DNA of 64,000 bases, from NCBI GenBank assembly GCA_963719495.1, contig CAVRCI010000002.1:764516-828515 (forward strand), written 5' to 3'. This DNA comes from an uncultured Verrucomicrobiae bacterium. Lineage in GTDB: Bacteria > Verrucomicrobiota > Verrucomicrobiia > Chthoniobacterales > JAATET01. The position numbers and the translations under genes are program-made. Of this stretch, positions 20,067 to 29,397 are shown piece by piece; the first letter of the stretch is position 1; the number at the start of each line of letters is the position of its first letter. The notes under the pieces are model-generated. The model did no database searches, had not been told where the DNA came from, and was given only the letters and a program-made list of their open reading frames with translations.

Positions 20067-21451
20067 CCTTTCTTCGAGAAGAGCGTGCGGGCGGCGACGA
20101 GGGCGGGGGCTTCGCCTTGGGCGAAGATGGTGCGGGCTTCGCGGGCGGGGTTGGTGCGGGCGGCGAAGCGGGCACGGAGTGGATCGAGGTGGCGCTCTTC
20201 GTCGAGGCCGCGGCGGCGGAGGCCGAGGTTGGCGACGTCGAGCATTTGGGTGATCAAGTCGGTGACCGGACGATCGCCAACCCGGGCGTCGAGGCCGTGG
20301 CGGTAGGCGTCGGGGCGGGCCCGGGTGAGGTCGGGCCAATCCCAGGCGGCGAGGGCTTCCCCGGCCTCGGGGAGGGCGGCGGTGAGACCGGTCGTGAGCG
20401 CGGCGGGGAGGAGAAGGTCGGTGGGAGGTTGCTGGTCGTTGACGCGGTTTTCGACGGTGAAGTAGCGGGAGATGCGGGCGTTATACCAGTAGCAGGAGTT
20501 GTGGAGATCGAGGTCGCCGGGCTCGGGGGAGACGCTGACCCGTCGAGGATTCTTGCGGTCATCGGTGGTGGCGAGTTGGGCGGGGTGCGACGGCGCTTCG
20601 AGAAATTCGCCGAAGGTCGGTGGGTCGGGGAAGGTTGGCTGGCCATCGGGGCGTCGGACGTAGAGGAGGTCGAGCTCGGCGATGGTGTCGGCGTAGTGGT
20701 CGAGGTCGGTGAAACGGTGGGGTGGGAGCCCGACGCGGCCGCGGGCGGGGGCCCACCAATCCCAGAACGCTTCGCTGACCATTTCGTGATCGGGGTCGAC
20801 GGCGTTGCGCCAGACGCTGGAGTTGGCGTTGATCGCGATCTGCGCGGGGGCGAAGCCGTTGAGGACGTTGACCGCGGAGATGGCTTCGCCGGGCGGGAGG
20901 GAGACGTGGACGTGCGATCCGGCGTTGATGGTGAAGAGATCCATGTCGTCGCCGGTGCCGGGCGGGATGACTTCGTTGGATCGGAAAATTTCGCCCCAGA
21001 CGCTGGCGCGTTTTTTCGTCATTCGGAGCTCGGGCGACGGCGGCGTGACCGGGTGAATGCCGCAGCCGAGGAAATGGCGGTCGGTGTGCTCGGTGAACTC
21101 GCGAAGGTCGGTGCGGAGGTCGGTGATCTGACGGTCGAGGGCGTGGAGGTCGGCGACGTGGGCGAGGGAGAATTCGACTTTGCAGTAGCCGGTCTCGGAG
21201 GAGCCGACGGTGTCGTTGCGTTCGCCGGGGCGGGTGGCTCCGATGAGGTGGCCTTCCTCGGTCTGCGGGGTCCACTCGCGATCAGCTAGGAAGCGCCAGA
21301 GGTGTTGGACGTCTTCGCGGGATGCGGCGGTGCCGTCGGGGGCGACGAGGGGGAATTTCAGTTCAGCCCCGAGGCGGGTGGAGCCGGGCTGGTCGAAGCG
21401 GGCGAGTCCGCGGGCGAAGGCCTCGCGGACCGGTGTGGAGTCAACCGTCAT
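20060..21451 (-). CDS. Glutamate-cysteine ligase family 2 (GCS2-like) carboxylate-amine ligase
   Basis: LGAELKF, SSETGYCKVEFS, GIHP, GSHVHVS, NSSVW, VENRVNDQQP and a C-terminal GL..RGLDE..LDPL. Confidence 0.8.
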   Translation of the reverse strand: MTVDSTPVREAFARGLARFDQPGSTRLGAELKFPLVAPDGTAASREDVQHLWRFLADREWTPQTEEGHLIGATRPGERNDTVGSSETGYCKVEFSLAHVADLHALDRQITDLRTDLREFTEHTDRHFLGCGIHPVTPPSPELRMTKKRASVWGEIFRSNEVIPPGTGDDMDLFTINAGSHVHVSLPPGEAISAVNVLNGFAPAQIAINANSSVWRNAVDPDHEMVSEAFWDWWAPARGRVGLPPHRFTDLDHYADTIAELDLLYVRRPDGQPTFPDPPTFGEFLEAPSHPAQLATTDDRKNPRRVSVSPEPGDLDLHNSCYWYNARISRYFTVENRVNDQQPPTDLLLPAALTTGLTAALPEAGEALAAWDWPDLTRARPDAYRHGLDARVGDRPVTDLITQMLDVANLGLRRRGLDEERHLDPLRARFAARTNPAREARTIFAQGEAPALVAARTLFSKKGS

Positions 21452-22730
21452 GAGGCTCGTCCCAGTTGCCCATGGCGTCGCCGTGGCCGCGGATGACGTA
21501 GCGCGGGATGGTGAGGTCTTCGAGGCCAATGGGGCCGCGGGCGTGGAGCCGGTCGGTGGAGATGCCGATCTCGGCTCCGAGACCAAGCGCCGCGCCGTCG
21601 TCGAACATGGTGGAGGCGTTGACGAGGGTGACGGCGGAGTCGACTTCGGTTTCGAACCGGCGGGCGCTGCCCTCGCTGTCGGTGATGATCCTGTCGGTGT
21701 GGTGGGAGCCGTGGCGCTCGATGTGGGCGATGGCGGTGGCGAGGTCGGGGACGACGCGGATGGCCAGGGTGAGACCGAGGTATTCGGTGTCCCAATCGGC
21801 GTCGGTGGCGGCTTCGACGTCGGGGAGGACGGCTCGGGTTCGCTCGCAGCCGCGGAGGGTGACGCCCTGGCGCTGAAGGGCGGCGGCGATGGTGGGCAGG
21901 TGAGTGGCGGCGGCGGATTCGTGGACGAGAAGGGTCTCGAGGGCGTTGCAGACTTCGGGGAGGAGGCACTTGCTGTCGACGACGATGCGGGTGGCGGCGG
22001 CGAGTGGGGCGGTGGCGTCGACGAAGGCGTGGCAGATGCCGTCCTCGTGTTTGAGGAGGGGGATTTTCGACTGCTCGCGGATGCGGCGGACCATGGGTTT
22101 GCTGCTGCGGGGGATGACGAGCGTGATGAGGTCGTCCATTTGCAGCAGCTCGCCGACTTCGTCGTGGGAGCATTGGACGACCTGAATGGCGACGGGTGGG
22201 AGGTCGGCGGCGGCGAGCGATTGGGTCCAGAGGTCGGCCAGGGCGGCATTGGTGCGGGCGACTTCGGAGCCGCCGCGGAGGAGGCAGGCGTTGCCGGATT
22301 TCAGGCAGAAGGCACCGGCGTTGACGGTGACGTGGGGGCGAGCCTCGTAGATCATGAGGATGAGCCCGAGCGGGGTGCGGACGCGGCGGACGTCGAGGCC
22401 GCGGTCGGTGCGCCAGGCGCGGACGGGTTGGCCGACGGGGTCGGGCAGGGCGGCGATGTCGCGGAGGGCGTCGCGGCGGGAATCGACCTTCGCGTTGTCG
22501 AAGCTGAGACGCTTGACGAGGGCGGTTGGGAGGTCGCGTTTGCGGGCGGCGTCGAGGTCGCCTTGATTGGCGGCGGTGAGCTGGTCTCGGTGGGTGTCGA
22601 GGAGGTCCCGGAGGTGGAGGAGCGCGTGGTTTTTTGCAGAGGTCGGGCTGCGGGCGAGGATGCGGGCGGCGGACGCACCCGCGTGGGCTGCTTCGAGAAC
22701 GGAGGACGTGGTGGGTTGGTTGGGCGTCAT
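21441..22730 (-). CDS. proA: Gamma-glutamyl phosphate reductase
   Basis: IYEARPHVT, LRGGSE, VCNALETLLVH, VNASTMFDDG, GAEIGISTDRLHARGPIG. Confidence 0.93.
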   Translation of the reverse strand: MTPNQPTTSSVLEAAHAGASAARILARSPTSAKNHALLHLRDLLDTHRDQLTAANQGDLDAARKRDLPTALVKRLSFDNAKVDSRRDALRDIAALPDPVGQPVRAWRTDRGLDVRRVRTPLGLILMIYEARPHVTVNAGAFCLKSGNACLLRGGSEVARTNAALADLWTQSLAAADLPPVAIQVVQCSHDEVGELLQMDDLITLVIPRSSKPMVRRIREQSKIPLLKHEDGICHAFVDATAPLAAATRIVVDSKCLLPEVCNALETLLVHESAAATHLPTIAAALQRQGVTLRGCERTRAVLPDVEAATDADWDTEYLGLTLAIRVVPDLATAIAHIERHGSHHTDRIITDSEGSARRFETEVDSAVTLVNASTMFDDGAALGLGAEIGISTDRLHARGPIGLEDLTIPRYVIRGHGDAMGNWDEPHDG

Positions 22731-23623
22731 TTTGGAGGAAGGAGGGCCGCGCGTTTTTCGAGGACCTGACTGCCGAGTCGCACGGTGATCTCGAGTTCGT
22801 CGATGAGGCGGAAGGGAAGGCGGTCGCGTTGGCGGGCGAGTCGTTGCCAATCGAGCGCGACGGTTTGGAAATCGCTTTCGTAGCGGGCGAGGCGGGCGAT
22901 GAGGGCACCGTCGGGAGCGGCTACGTGGGACCCGCCGGTGAAAACGAGACCGCCCTCGGGACCGGCGATGTTCGTGCAGGCGACATACATCGAGAGGGTG
23001 AGCGCGTGGGTTTGGTTGAGGCGTTCCCAGGCGGCCATGGTGTCGAAGGCGGGATCGAGTCCGCCCTCGGGGCTGGCGGTGAGCACGAGGATGAGGTCGA
23101 CGCCTTCGTGGGCGAGGAGGTAGGCGAGGGAGGGGTGCCAGGCGTCGGCGCAAATGAGCATGGCCAGACGGCCCCAGGGGGTGTCGAACGACCCGAGGTG
23201 CTGCCCGGCTTTGAAGCGCCGGCCTTCGTCGAAGCCGCCGTAATTGGGGAGGTAAAGTTTGCGGTGGACGTGCCAGATCTGCCCGGCGTGGAGGAAGGCG
23301 GCGCTGTTGTAGCATTCGCCGTTGGGTCCGTGTTCGGCGAATCCCACGGCGAGGGCGACCCGTTGCGAGGCTTCGAGGAGTGGTTTCCAGATGGGGTTGT
23401 CCAGCGAGATGGCGCTGTCGGCTTGCTCGAGCGGATCGACGAGGTAGCCGGTGAGGCAGAGTTCGGGGCAGAGAAGGATTCCCGCGCCGGCGGCGTGGGC
23501 CCGCTCGGCGTGGTCGAGGATCAGGCCCGCATTGTGGCCGGTGTCGTAGGTATGCGACGCGAATTGGGCGAGCGCGAGGGTCAGATCGCGCTGCGGGGAG
23601 GGGATCGGCTCGGATGGCGCCAC
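22727..23623 (-). CDS. Carbon-nitrogen hydrolase (nitrilase superfamily, NadE-glutaminase-like)
   Basis: E-K-C triad: CPELCLTGY, HRKLYLPNYGGFDEGRRF, LICADAWH. Confidence 0.88.
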   Translation of the reverse strand: MAPSEPIPSPQRDLTLALAQFASHTYDTGHNAGLILDHAERAHAAGAGILLCPELCLTGYLVDPLEQADSAISLDNPIWKPLLEASQRVALAVGFAEHGPNGECYNSAAFLHAGQIWHVHRKLYLPNYGGFDEGRRFKAGQHLGSFDTPWGRLAMLICADAWHPSLAYLLAHEGVDLILVLTASPEGGLDPAFDTMAAWERLNQTHALTLSMYVACTNIAGPEGGLVFTGGSHVAAPDGALIARLARYESDFQTVALDWQRLARQRDRLPFRLIDELEITVRLGSQVLEKRAALLPPK

Positions 23624-23643
23624 GGGCGATCCCTCGAGCAAAC

Positions 23644-24417
23644 TCAGAGTCCGATCTGCTTCAGGAAATCCGTGGGCACGGGCGCCTTGATGCGTCCGAT
23701 GAGAGCGTAGTATTTCAGCGGGACGCCTTCCATGGAGAGTCGGTGCACGTAGCGCTCGAGGTGGCAGACCTGCAGATATTCCGAGAAGATGAGCTCGCGG
23801 ACGAAGACGGAGAATCCGGATTTGTCCGAGCGGTCGAGGAAGGTCTCTTTGATGTTGAAGGCGACCCAGCCACCGGTCGTGATGAATTGCAGCGCCTGGA
23901 CGAACGCCGCGGTGGGAATGTCGCCGAACCCGAGCGCGGCGACGGAGGTGAGGCAATCGAAGTTCCATTCGTGGAGCTCGCGTTTTTGGTCCTCGTTCAG
24001 ATTGGTGAAATCGGAGATGAGGTAGTCGTCGTAGGCGGTCGGCCGGTCGCGGTAGGCGGCCCGGCGGGCCGACTCGATGATGTCGGCGCCGACGATTCGG
24101 GAGGCACCGTGGCAGCGGAGTTCGTCGGCCATCATGCCGTTGCCCGCGCCGAGATCGAGGGTGCGGAGTTCGCTCATTCCGAGCCATTCGGCGCGAAGAC
24201 TGGCCTCGAGCAGGTCGCAAACCTTGCGGGGTGAGCAGCACTTGAGGCGCTCGTAAAACAGCTGCTCGTAGAGGCCGGGGCGCTCGTAGATTGCTTCATA
24301 GTCGTGGAACCGAATGCGTTGTTTCGAGTCTCCTTCGATGAGATTGAAGAAGGCGGTGTCCTGGCTGAGATCGTGTTCCTGGCTGGACGGAAACTGGATT
24401 CGGTGGCGAGTGAGCAT
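23644..24417 (-). CDS. Class I SAM-dependent methyltransferase
   Basis: Motif I LDLGAGNG, plus VGADII and FDCLTSVAALGFGDIP. Confidence 0.82.
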   Translation of the reverse strand: MLTRHRIQFPSSQEHDLSQDTAFFNLIEGDSKQRIRFHDYEAIYERPGLYEQLFYERLKCCSPRKVCDLLEASLRAEWLGMSELRTLDLGAGNGMMADELRCHGASRIVGADIIESARRAAYRDRPTAYDDYLISDFTNLNEDQKRELHEWNFDCLTSVAALGFGDIPTAAFVQALQFITTGGWVAFNIKETFLDRSDKSGFSVFVRELIFSEYLQVCHLERYVHRLSMEGVPLKYYALIGRIKAPVPTDFLKQIGL

Positions 24418-24708
24418 ACGGATATTGTGAGGGTGACTGGCGGTAAGAGTGCTGATCTTTGGTTTGGATTCCCGGCTGGAAGTCGGGGGACGAGCTTCGA
24501 GTTGCTCGTAGAAACCAGCTCGCGAGATTGGGACCCGAATCCGGAACCGCAAGGGTAATAAATTCGGACGGCAGCGTAATGACCTCGTTTTGGGGGGGGA
24601 ACCGCTTCGCTCGGGCAAGGATGTCCGGACTTAAAAAATGCGCTTTGTGAGCCCAGCTCGACGAGCGTGCTTGCACCGTTGCCCGGACCGCAGATAGCTA
24701 TCCAGTAT

Positions 24709-25509
24709 ATGATACGGCAAATTACTTTTACGGCGCTCGCGCTGACGGCCTGGTTCGGAACGTCACTGCTCCGTGCGGAGACCGTGGCGTATTTCCACAC
24801 TTGGGACGACGACCTCTCCGTCCTGCGGAGCGAAGCGATGGAGCCTGGGCAGCGAAGCACGGCGGGTGGCGCCGAGGTTGAAATCTTCAAGCTCGGTGAA
24901 CACCGCGTTGTGGCGGCGAAAGTCGGTGCCGGCGACGTCGCCGCGGCCGTGATCGCTCAGGGTGTGTTGACGAAGTTTCCCTGCTCCCGGGTCATCTCGG
25001 TGGGGCCGGTCGGCGCTCTGGAGGGAGCGGCTAAGATCGGCGCGTGGTTTTTCGTGGAGCGGGTCGTGGCGTATCAGCGGGGGACCGAGGATGCCGGAGG
25101 ATTCTTGTTGGCCCGGGCTGCGACGCAGACGTTGACGGTGCTGGAAGCCGGTGGAGGTGTGAGAAAACTGCCGCGCCTGGTGGTCGCGAGCGGTGAAGTT
25201 TTCAGCGGGTCGAATGCCTTTCGCGCCGAGGTGCGGGGGCGGAGTGACGCGGACGCGATCGACATGAACCTCTTCGGGTTGGCCGCCGCGGCTCGCGCTC
25301 ACGACGTGCCGATGACGGCGCTCCGCGTGATCAGCAATCACGCGGGTGACGGGGCGGGCGTCGAATTTGGGAGGTTTTCCCGGGATTACGACGGTGAGGG
25401 TGGGCGACTTGCGGTGGCGCTGATTCGGAGCCTCTCCGCGGAAGATGGGGAGCGGGTTGCGGAGGGCATTTCAGAAATCGATCCGTCGAACGAATCCTCG
25501 GCGGAATAG
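24709..25509 (+). CDS. Secreted nucleoside phosphorylase/MTA-SAH nucleosidase-like protein
   Basis: Signal peptide; KVGAGDVAAA, VISVGPVGAL, ASGEVF, IDMN, LRVISN. Paralog of 63137-63934. Confidence 0.75.
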   Translation: MIRQITFTALALTAWFGTSLLRAETVAYFHTWDDDLSVLRSEAMEPGQRSTAGGAEVEIFKLGEHRVVAAKVGAGDVAAAVIAQGVLTKFPCSRVISVGPVGALEGAAKIGAWFFVERVVAYQRGTEDAGGFLLARAATQTLTVLEAGGGVRKLPRLVVASGEVFSGSNAFRAEVRGRSDADAIDMNLFGLAAAARAHDVPMTALRVISNHAGDGAGVEFGRFSRDYDGEGGRLAVALIRSLSAEDGERVAEGISEIDPSNESSAE

Positions 25510-25551
25510 TTTTCGGAGGAAGTTCAATTAAACCAGTTCTTGAAAATATCG

Positions 25552-25630
25552 GGATTCTCACGCGAAGGCGCGAAGGCGCGAAAAGGTCTCAAATGCGACG
25601 GATTCTTCGCGCCTTCGCGTGAGTCTGATT
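25552..25630. repeat. Palindromic repeat family A
   Basis: GGATTCTCACGCGAAGGCGCGAAGG...CTTCGCGCCTTCGCGTGAG, between convergent genes. Confidence 0.8.
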
Positions 25631-25647
25631 ATTTATTCGGTTTGGAA

Positions 25648-26595
25648 TTAGTCCGAGTTTGAGCGCGAGGGGCGGCCCGGGCCGGGTCCGGCTCCCGGTC
25701 GGCGGTTGCCGCGGCGTTCGAAGCTGGGGTCGGGGGTGCCGCGGAAAAAACGGGGGACGTAGGGATAATCGGCGGTGATGACGTAGTAGTAGGTGCCGTC
25801 GGGGAATTCGGGCGTCGGGGCGGTGCGGCCATTGCACTCGTCGAGATCGCCGGACTCGGCGACGTATTCGAAATCCTCGTCGTAGGTGCCGTCGTAGTCT
25901 CCGCCGGGCGAGTCGGCCGGGCGCTCGCCGGTTTTCATTCGATACCTGGACTCGAGCGCGACGATCTCGCTGGACGGGTCTTCGGGGTCGCGGGGTGCGA
26001 GTGGTCCGTAGATCGGAAATCCATCCGCCGCCCAGCCGAGGAGGGTCATTTTCCTTTCGTCCGTGAGCAGCGGCTTCGGGATGCCGTGGTAGTGGTAGGC
26101 TCCGTTGGGCTGGACGTGGGCGTGGTTTTCGTCGAGGCCGAGGTTGCGCTGGACCGGGTTGGCGGCTTCGCGCCAGCCGGATTCGCGGTCGTCCTTCCAG
26201 AATCCGGCCGTGAAGGGATCGAAGGTGACACCGTTGATCGCCACGCCGAAGGGCTGGCGGTCGTAGGGCGTCGGGGTCGGATTGGCGACGGGCTCGAGGG
26301 GCACGCGGAAATGGTAATCCTGGCTGGTGATCGCGTTGGGATTACCGCGACCGGGAAACTGGCCGGTCTCGTGATTTGGCAGGCCGTTTGCGACGATGGC
26401 CCGGTAGCCGTCGCTTTCGGTGATCGTGACGCTGGACTCGGTGCCGGGTGCCGGTGTGGCCGATGAGCCGCTCGATTGAGCCGAGTGATCCGGGTGGCCA
26501 GGATGGGCGGCGCACGGGAGCGCCAGGGCTGCGAAGAGCGCGGTGGCAGTGCGCCAACGGTTTGGCCGAAAAAGGGAGGAAATGGATGTCGACAT
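25648..26595 (-). CDS. YHYH-domain secreted protein
   Basis: GVAINGVTFDP, AHVQPNGAYHYHG, GWAADGFPIYG, GDLDECNGR. Confidence 0.88.
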   Translation of the reverse strand: MSTSISSLFRPNRWRTATALFAALALPCAAHPGHPDHSAQSSGSSATPAPGTESSVTITESDGYRAIVANGLPNHETGQFPGRGNPNAITSQDYHFRVPLEPVANPTPTPYDRQPFGVAINGVTFDPFTAGFWKDDRESGWREAANPVQRNLGLDENHAHVQPNGAYHYHGIPKPLLTDERKMTLLGWAADGFPIYGPLAPRDPEDPSSEIVALESRYRMKTGERPADSPGGDYDGTYDEDFEYVAESGDLDECNGRTAPTPEFPDGTYYYVITADYPYVPRFFRGTPDPSFERRGNRRPGAGPGPGRPSRSNSD

Positions 26596-26800
26596 TAAAT
26601 TGGAGCGATGTCCGTTCAACCCGGGTGGCCCCGGAAAGTTGCGGGGTGCTCCGGACGACGGATCGAATGATGGTGGAGGGGTTTTGGGGGCCTGATCAAC
26701 GACCGAAAACGACGAGGAAAGTTCAAAACCCCGGACATCCCGCTCGAGGCTCATGTTTTTGGCGTGACATTTCCCACACCGAACGGCTTATTCCTTAGCC

Positions 26801-27112
26801 ATGACTTGGCTGCTCATTGCTGGTGGGATGATGGTGACTTCGGTCACCACCACGGAAACCACCACGTTCCCCGACATGTATAACCACACCCTGCTGGGCG
26901 AAGAGATTCTCGCTGAGAAGGTGGTCACCCGCAATCGCTGGGGCACGCCGATGCTGCCGGACGGCAAGGGCGGCTACAGCCTGATCGCTCCGATCAACGA
27001 GGAATACATCGCCCGCAGCCTCGTGATCCCGCCGAAGACGACGGGCGTCGCCTACCGCCCACTGCCCGCGTTCACGGCTCCAGCCGCGGCTCCGGTGATC
27101 GTCAATCCTTAG
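26801..27112 (+). CDS. Small hypothetical secreted protein
   Basis: 103-aa ORF with host-like GC3 codon use and a hydrophobic N-terminus. Confidence 0.55.
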   Translation: MTWLLIAGGMMVTSVTTTETTTFPDMYNHTLLGEEILAEKVVTRNRWGTPMLPDGKGGYSLIAPINEEYIARSLVIPPKTTGVAYRPLPAFTAPAAAPVIVNP

Positions 27113-27196
27113 GGTTTCTTGGGAAAATTCTCAGTGGATTTGCAATCCCGCGGTGAGTTGTCTCGCCGCGGGATTTTCTTTTTGGATGGAGTGCCG

Positions 27197-28114
27197 ATGC
27201 GACGGATGGTGACGGCTCGATGGGTGACCTTGGTCTTGGTGATGCTGGCGGGATGCGGGGTTTCGTCGGTCTGGGCGGTGGACGCGATCCAGCTCAAGAC
27301 GGGGGAGTTGGTTTACGGCGACATCGTGAGTGCGACGGAAGCGGATCTGGTGATCGTGATGGACTATGGGGTTCACCGTTACCGCATGGACGAGATCGAC
27401 CGGATCTCGGCGGACGACGGGAAAGTGACGTTACCGGACGCCGAGCGGGAGAAGACTCGGCGGAAATTCCCCAGTTGGCGGGCGATTTACGGGCGTTTGA
27501 TTCAAATGCCGTGGGGCACGGACGCGCACCAGGCTCCCGCGGCCGTGATCACCGAGGGGGTGCTCAACGGAGTGCCCTACACGTCGTATCGGAGCGCGGC
27601 GGGCAAATACGAAATGAACATCTACGGCGATCCGGATTCGCCAGCGGCGGTTGAGATCGGGGTTTACGATGAGCTGATTGGGAGCATCGAGGCGCAGCAG
27701 AATTGCCGGGATTTCATCGCGGGGTTGTTGGATTTTCCGCCCGACGCCGACGCTGTCATGGAACTTGATCCCGCCGGGGGACGGACGGAGCGCGGGAATC
27801 TGCGGATCGAGATCACGCCGCCGGGAGCACCGGGGAGTTACGGCGGGTGGTGGGTGTTGGCGAGTCGGCCGAAGGCGCTTGATGCGACGCGGGCGACGCC
27901 GACGGAGATCGACGCGATTTCCGAGCCGGTGCGGGAGGCGCGGAAGGGCGAGGCCGGGTGGACGCGCGAGGAGATGAAGGGATTTCGTGGGACCGGGGAG
28001 GATTCCGACCGGGTGTTCGACCGGGGGTTTTATCGGAACGCGGCGGGGGAATACGCGAGTGGAACGACGAATCCGGAGCCGAAATCGTGGTGGCAGCGGG
28101 TGTTTGGTCGGTGA
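27197..28114 (+). CDS. Hypothetical secreted protein (paralog of 47292-48143)
   Basis: Signal peptide; YEMNIYGDPDSPAAVEIG and GGWW motifs shared with the 47.3-kb gene. Confidence 0.75.
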   Translation: MRRMVTARWVTLVLVMLAGCGVSSVWAVDAIQLKTGELVYGDIVSATEADLVIVMDYGVHRYRMDEIDRISADDGKVTLPDAEREKTRRKFPSWRAIYGRLIQMPWGTDAHQAPAAVITEGVLNGVPYTSYRSAAGKYEMNIYGDPDSPAAVEIGVYDELIGSIEAQQNCRDFIAGLLDFPPDADAVMELDPAGGRTERGNLRIEITPPGAPGSYGGWWVLASRPKALDATRATPTEIDAISEPVREARKGEAGWTREEMKGFRGTGEDSDRVFDRGFYRNAAGEYASGTTNPEPKSWWQRVFGR

Positions 28115-28122
28115 GGTGAGGG

Positions 28123-28658
28123 TTCTCACGCGTGGGCGCGGAGGCGCGGAGAAGATTCTCAAAATCACCCGGCACCCCTCCCGGACTTGTCATGTTGAGA
28201 ACCACGAACGCGCAAGCGCGTCAAGAAGCCGGGGATGACAGGGCGGCGCCAGCCGACCCCATCTGGCATTCGGAGGGCAGCCGGAGCGAAGCGGAGACAG
28301 TCGGGATACTTCCGACAACGCTCCTGCCGAGCCGTGGCTTTCACGTCCGACGCCGCCTCACCTGAAGCGATGTCATTGGCAGCGAAGCGAAACATCTCTG
28401 GTTAATACCATTTCAAGAAAATATCTGGATTCTCACGCGAAGCCGCGAAGCCGCGAAAAGGTCTCAGATGCTACGTATTCTTCGCGCCCTCGCGGCTTCG
28501 CGTGAGTCTGATGATTTACTGGGTTTGGTATAACACCCGTTCGGTGGACGCAGATGCAGTGTAAGCCAGAGATCCTTCACTTCGTTCAGGATGACAGTTT
28601 GGGGCTTTATAAGGCTTCGCAACCTCTTCTCCGCGCCTCCGTGCCCTCCGCGTGAGAA
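28123..28658. repeat. Nested composite of palindromic repeats
   Basis: Outer pair 28123-28154/28626-28658, middle pair 28371-28401/28566-28596, inner family A element 28427-28512. Confidence 0.75.
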
Positions 28659-28700
28659 TCGTATCCGTATCACCCAAAATCGATTGGCGGGCGCCTCGAC

Positions 28701-28720
28701 TATCGTGTAATTACACGATA
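28701..28720. promoter_or_regulatory. Perfect 20-bp palindrome, candidate LexA operator
   Basis: TATCGTGTAATTACACGATA; its last base is the A of the lexA ATG. Confidence 0.7.
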
Positions 28721-29352
28721 TGGAGCGATTGACGGAGAAGCAGGCGCGGATTGCGCGGGTGATCGGGGCCTTCGAGGACCGGGGGGAACCGGCTTTCGTG
28801 CCGGATCTGGCGCGGGCCTTGGGGTTGGCGGGGGAGAGTAGTCTCACGCCGACGTTGCGGATCCTCGTGCGCGAGGGTTGCGTGACGATGCGGGGTGGCG
28901 GGAGCAAGGGGCGGTCGCGGGTGGTGCGTTTGACGCCGCGGGGCCGCTACGCGGTGGCGCTGGGTGGGGTGCCGCTGCTGGGATCGATCCCGGCGGGGCC
29001 GCTGGCGGAGGCGATTCCGGAGGATGTGCTCGAGGAGCGGGAGCTGCTGGCGGTGCGACCGGGGGACTTTCTGCTGCGGGTGCGGGGGGATTCGATGATC
29101 GGCGATGGGATCATGGACGGGGACAAAGTGCTGCTGCGGCCGGAGGTCGCGGCGCGGTCGGGGGAGATCGCGGCGGTGCTGGTGGGCGACTCGCACGAGG
29201 CGACGCTCAAGCACGTGATCCCCGATCCGAAGCGGGGGTTGGTAATCCTGCGGGCGAGTAATCCGTTCTACGTGGACGTGCGGGTGCCGGTGGAGGAGGT
29301 GCGGATCGCGGGGGTCTTTCGTGGGTTGGTGCGAAACGTGGTGGAGGGGTGA
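28720..29352 (+). CDS. lexA: LexA-family repressor of the mutagenesis cassette
   Basis: N-terminal LTEKQ, Ala-Gly cleavage site (IPAGP), catalytic Ser (GDSM) and Lys (ATLKH). Confidence 0.88.
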   Translation: MERLTEKQARIARVIGAFEDRGEPAFVPDLARALGLAGESSLTPTLRILVREGCVTMRGGGSKGRSRVVRLTPRGRYAVALGGVPLLGSIPAGPLAEAIPEDVLEERELLAVRPGDFLLRVRGDSMIGDGIMDGDKVLLRPEVAARSGEIAAVLVGDSHEATLKHVIPDPKRGLVILRASNPFYVDVRVPVEEVRIAGVFRGLVRNVVEG

Positions 29353-29397
29353 GTTTTGAACGGAGCACCGGAGGCTGGGAGCACCGGAGGCTGGGAA

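Noticed and set aside
24418..24708. Riboswitch upstream of the methyltransferase operon
   Set aside because: No SAM, glutamine or other known aptamer signature recognised.
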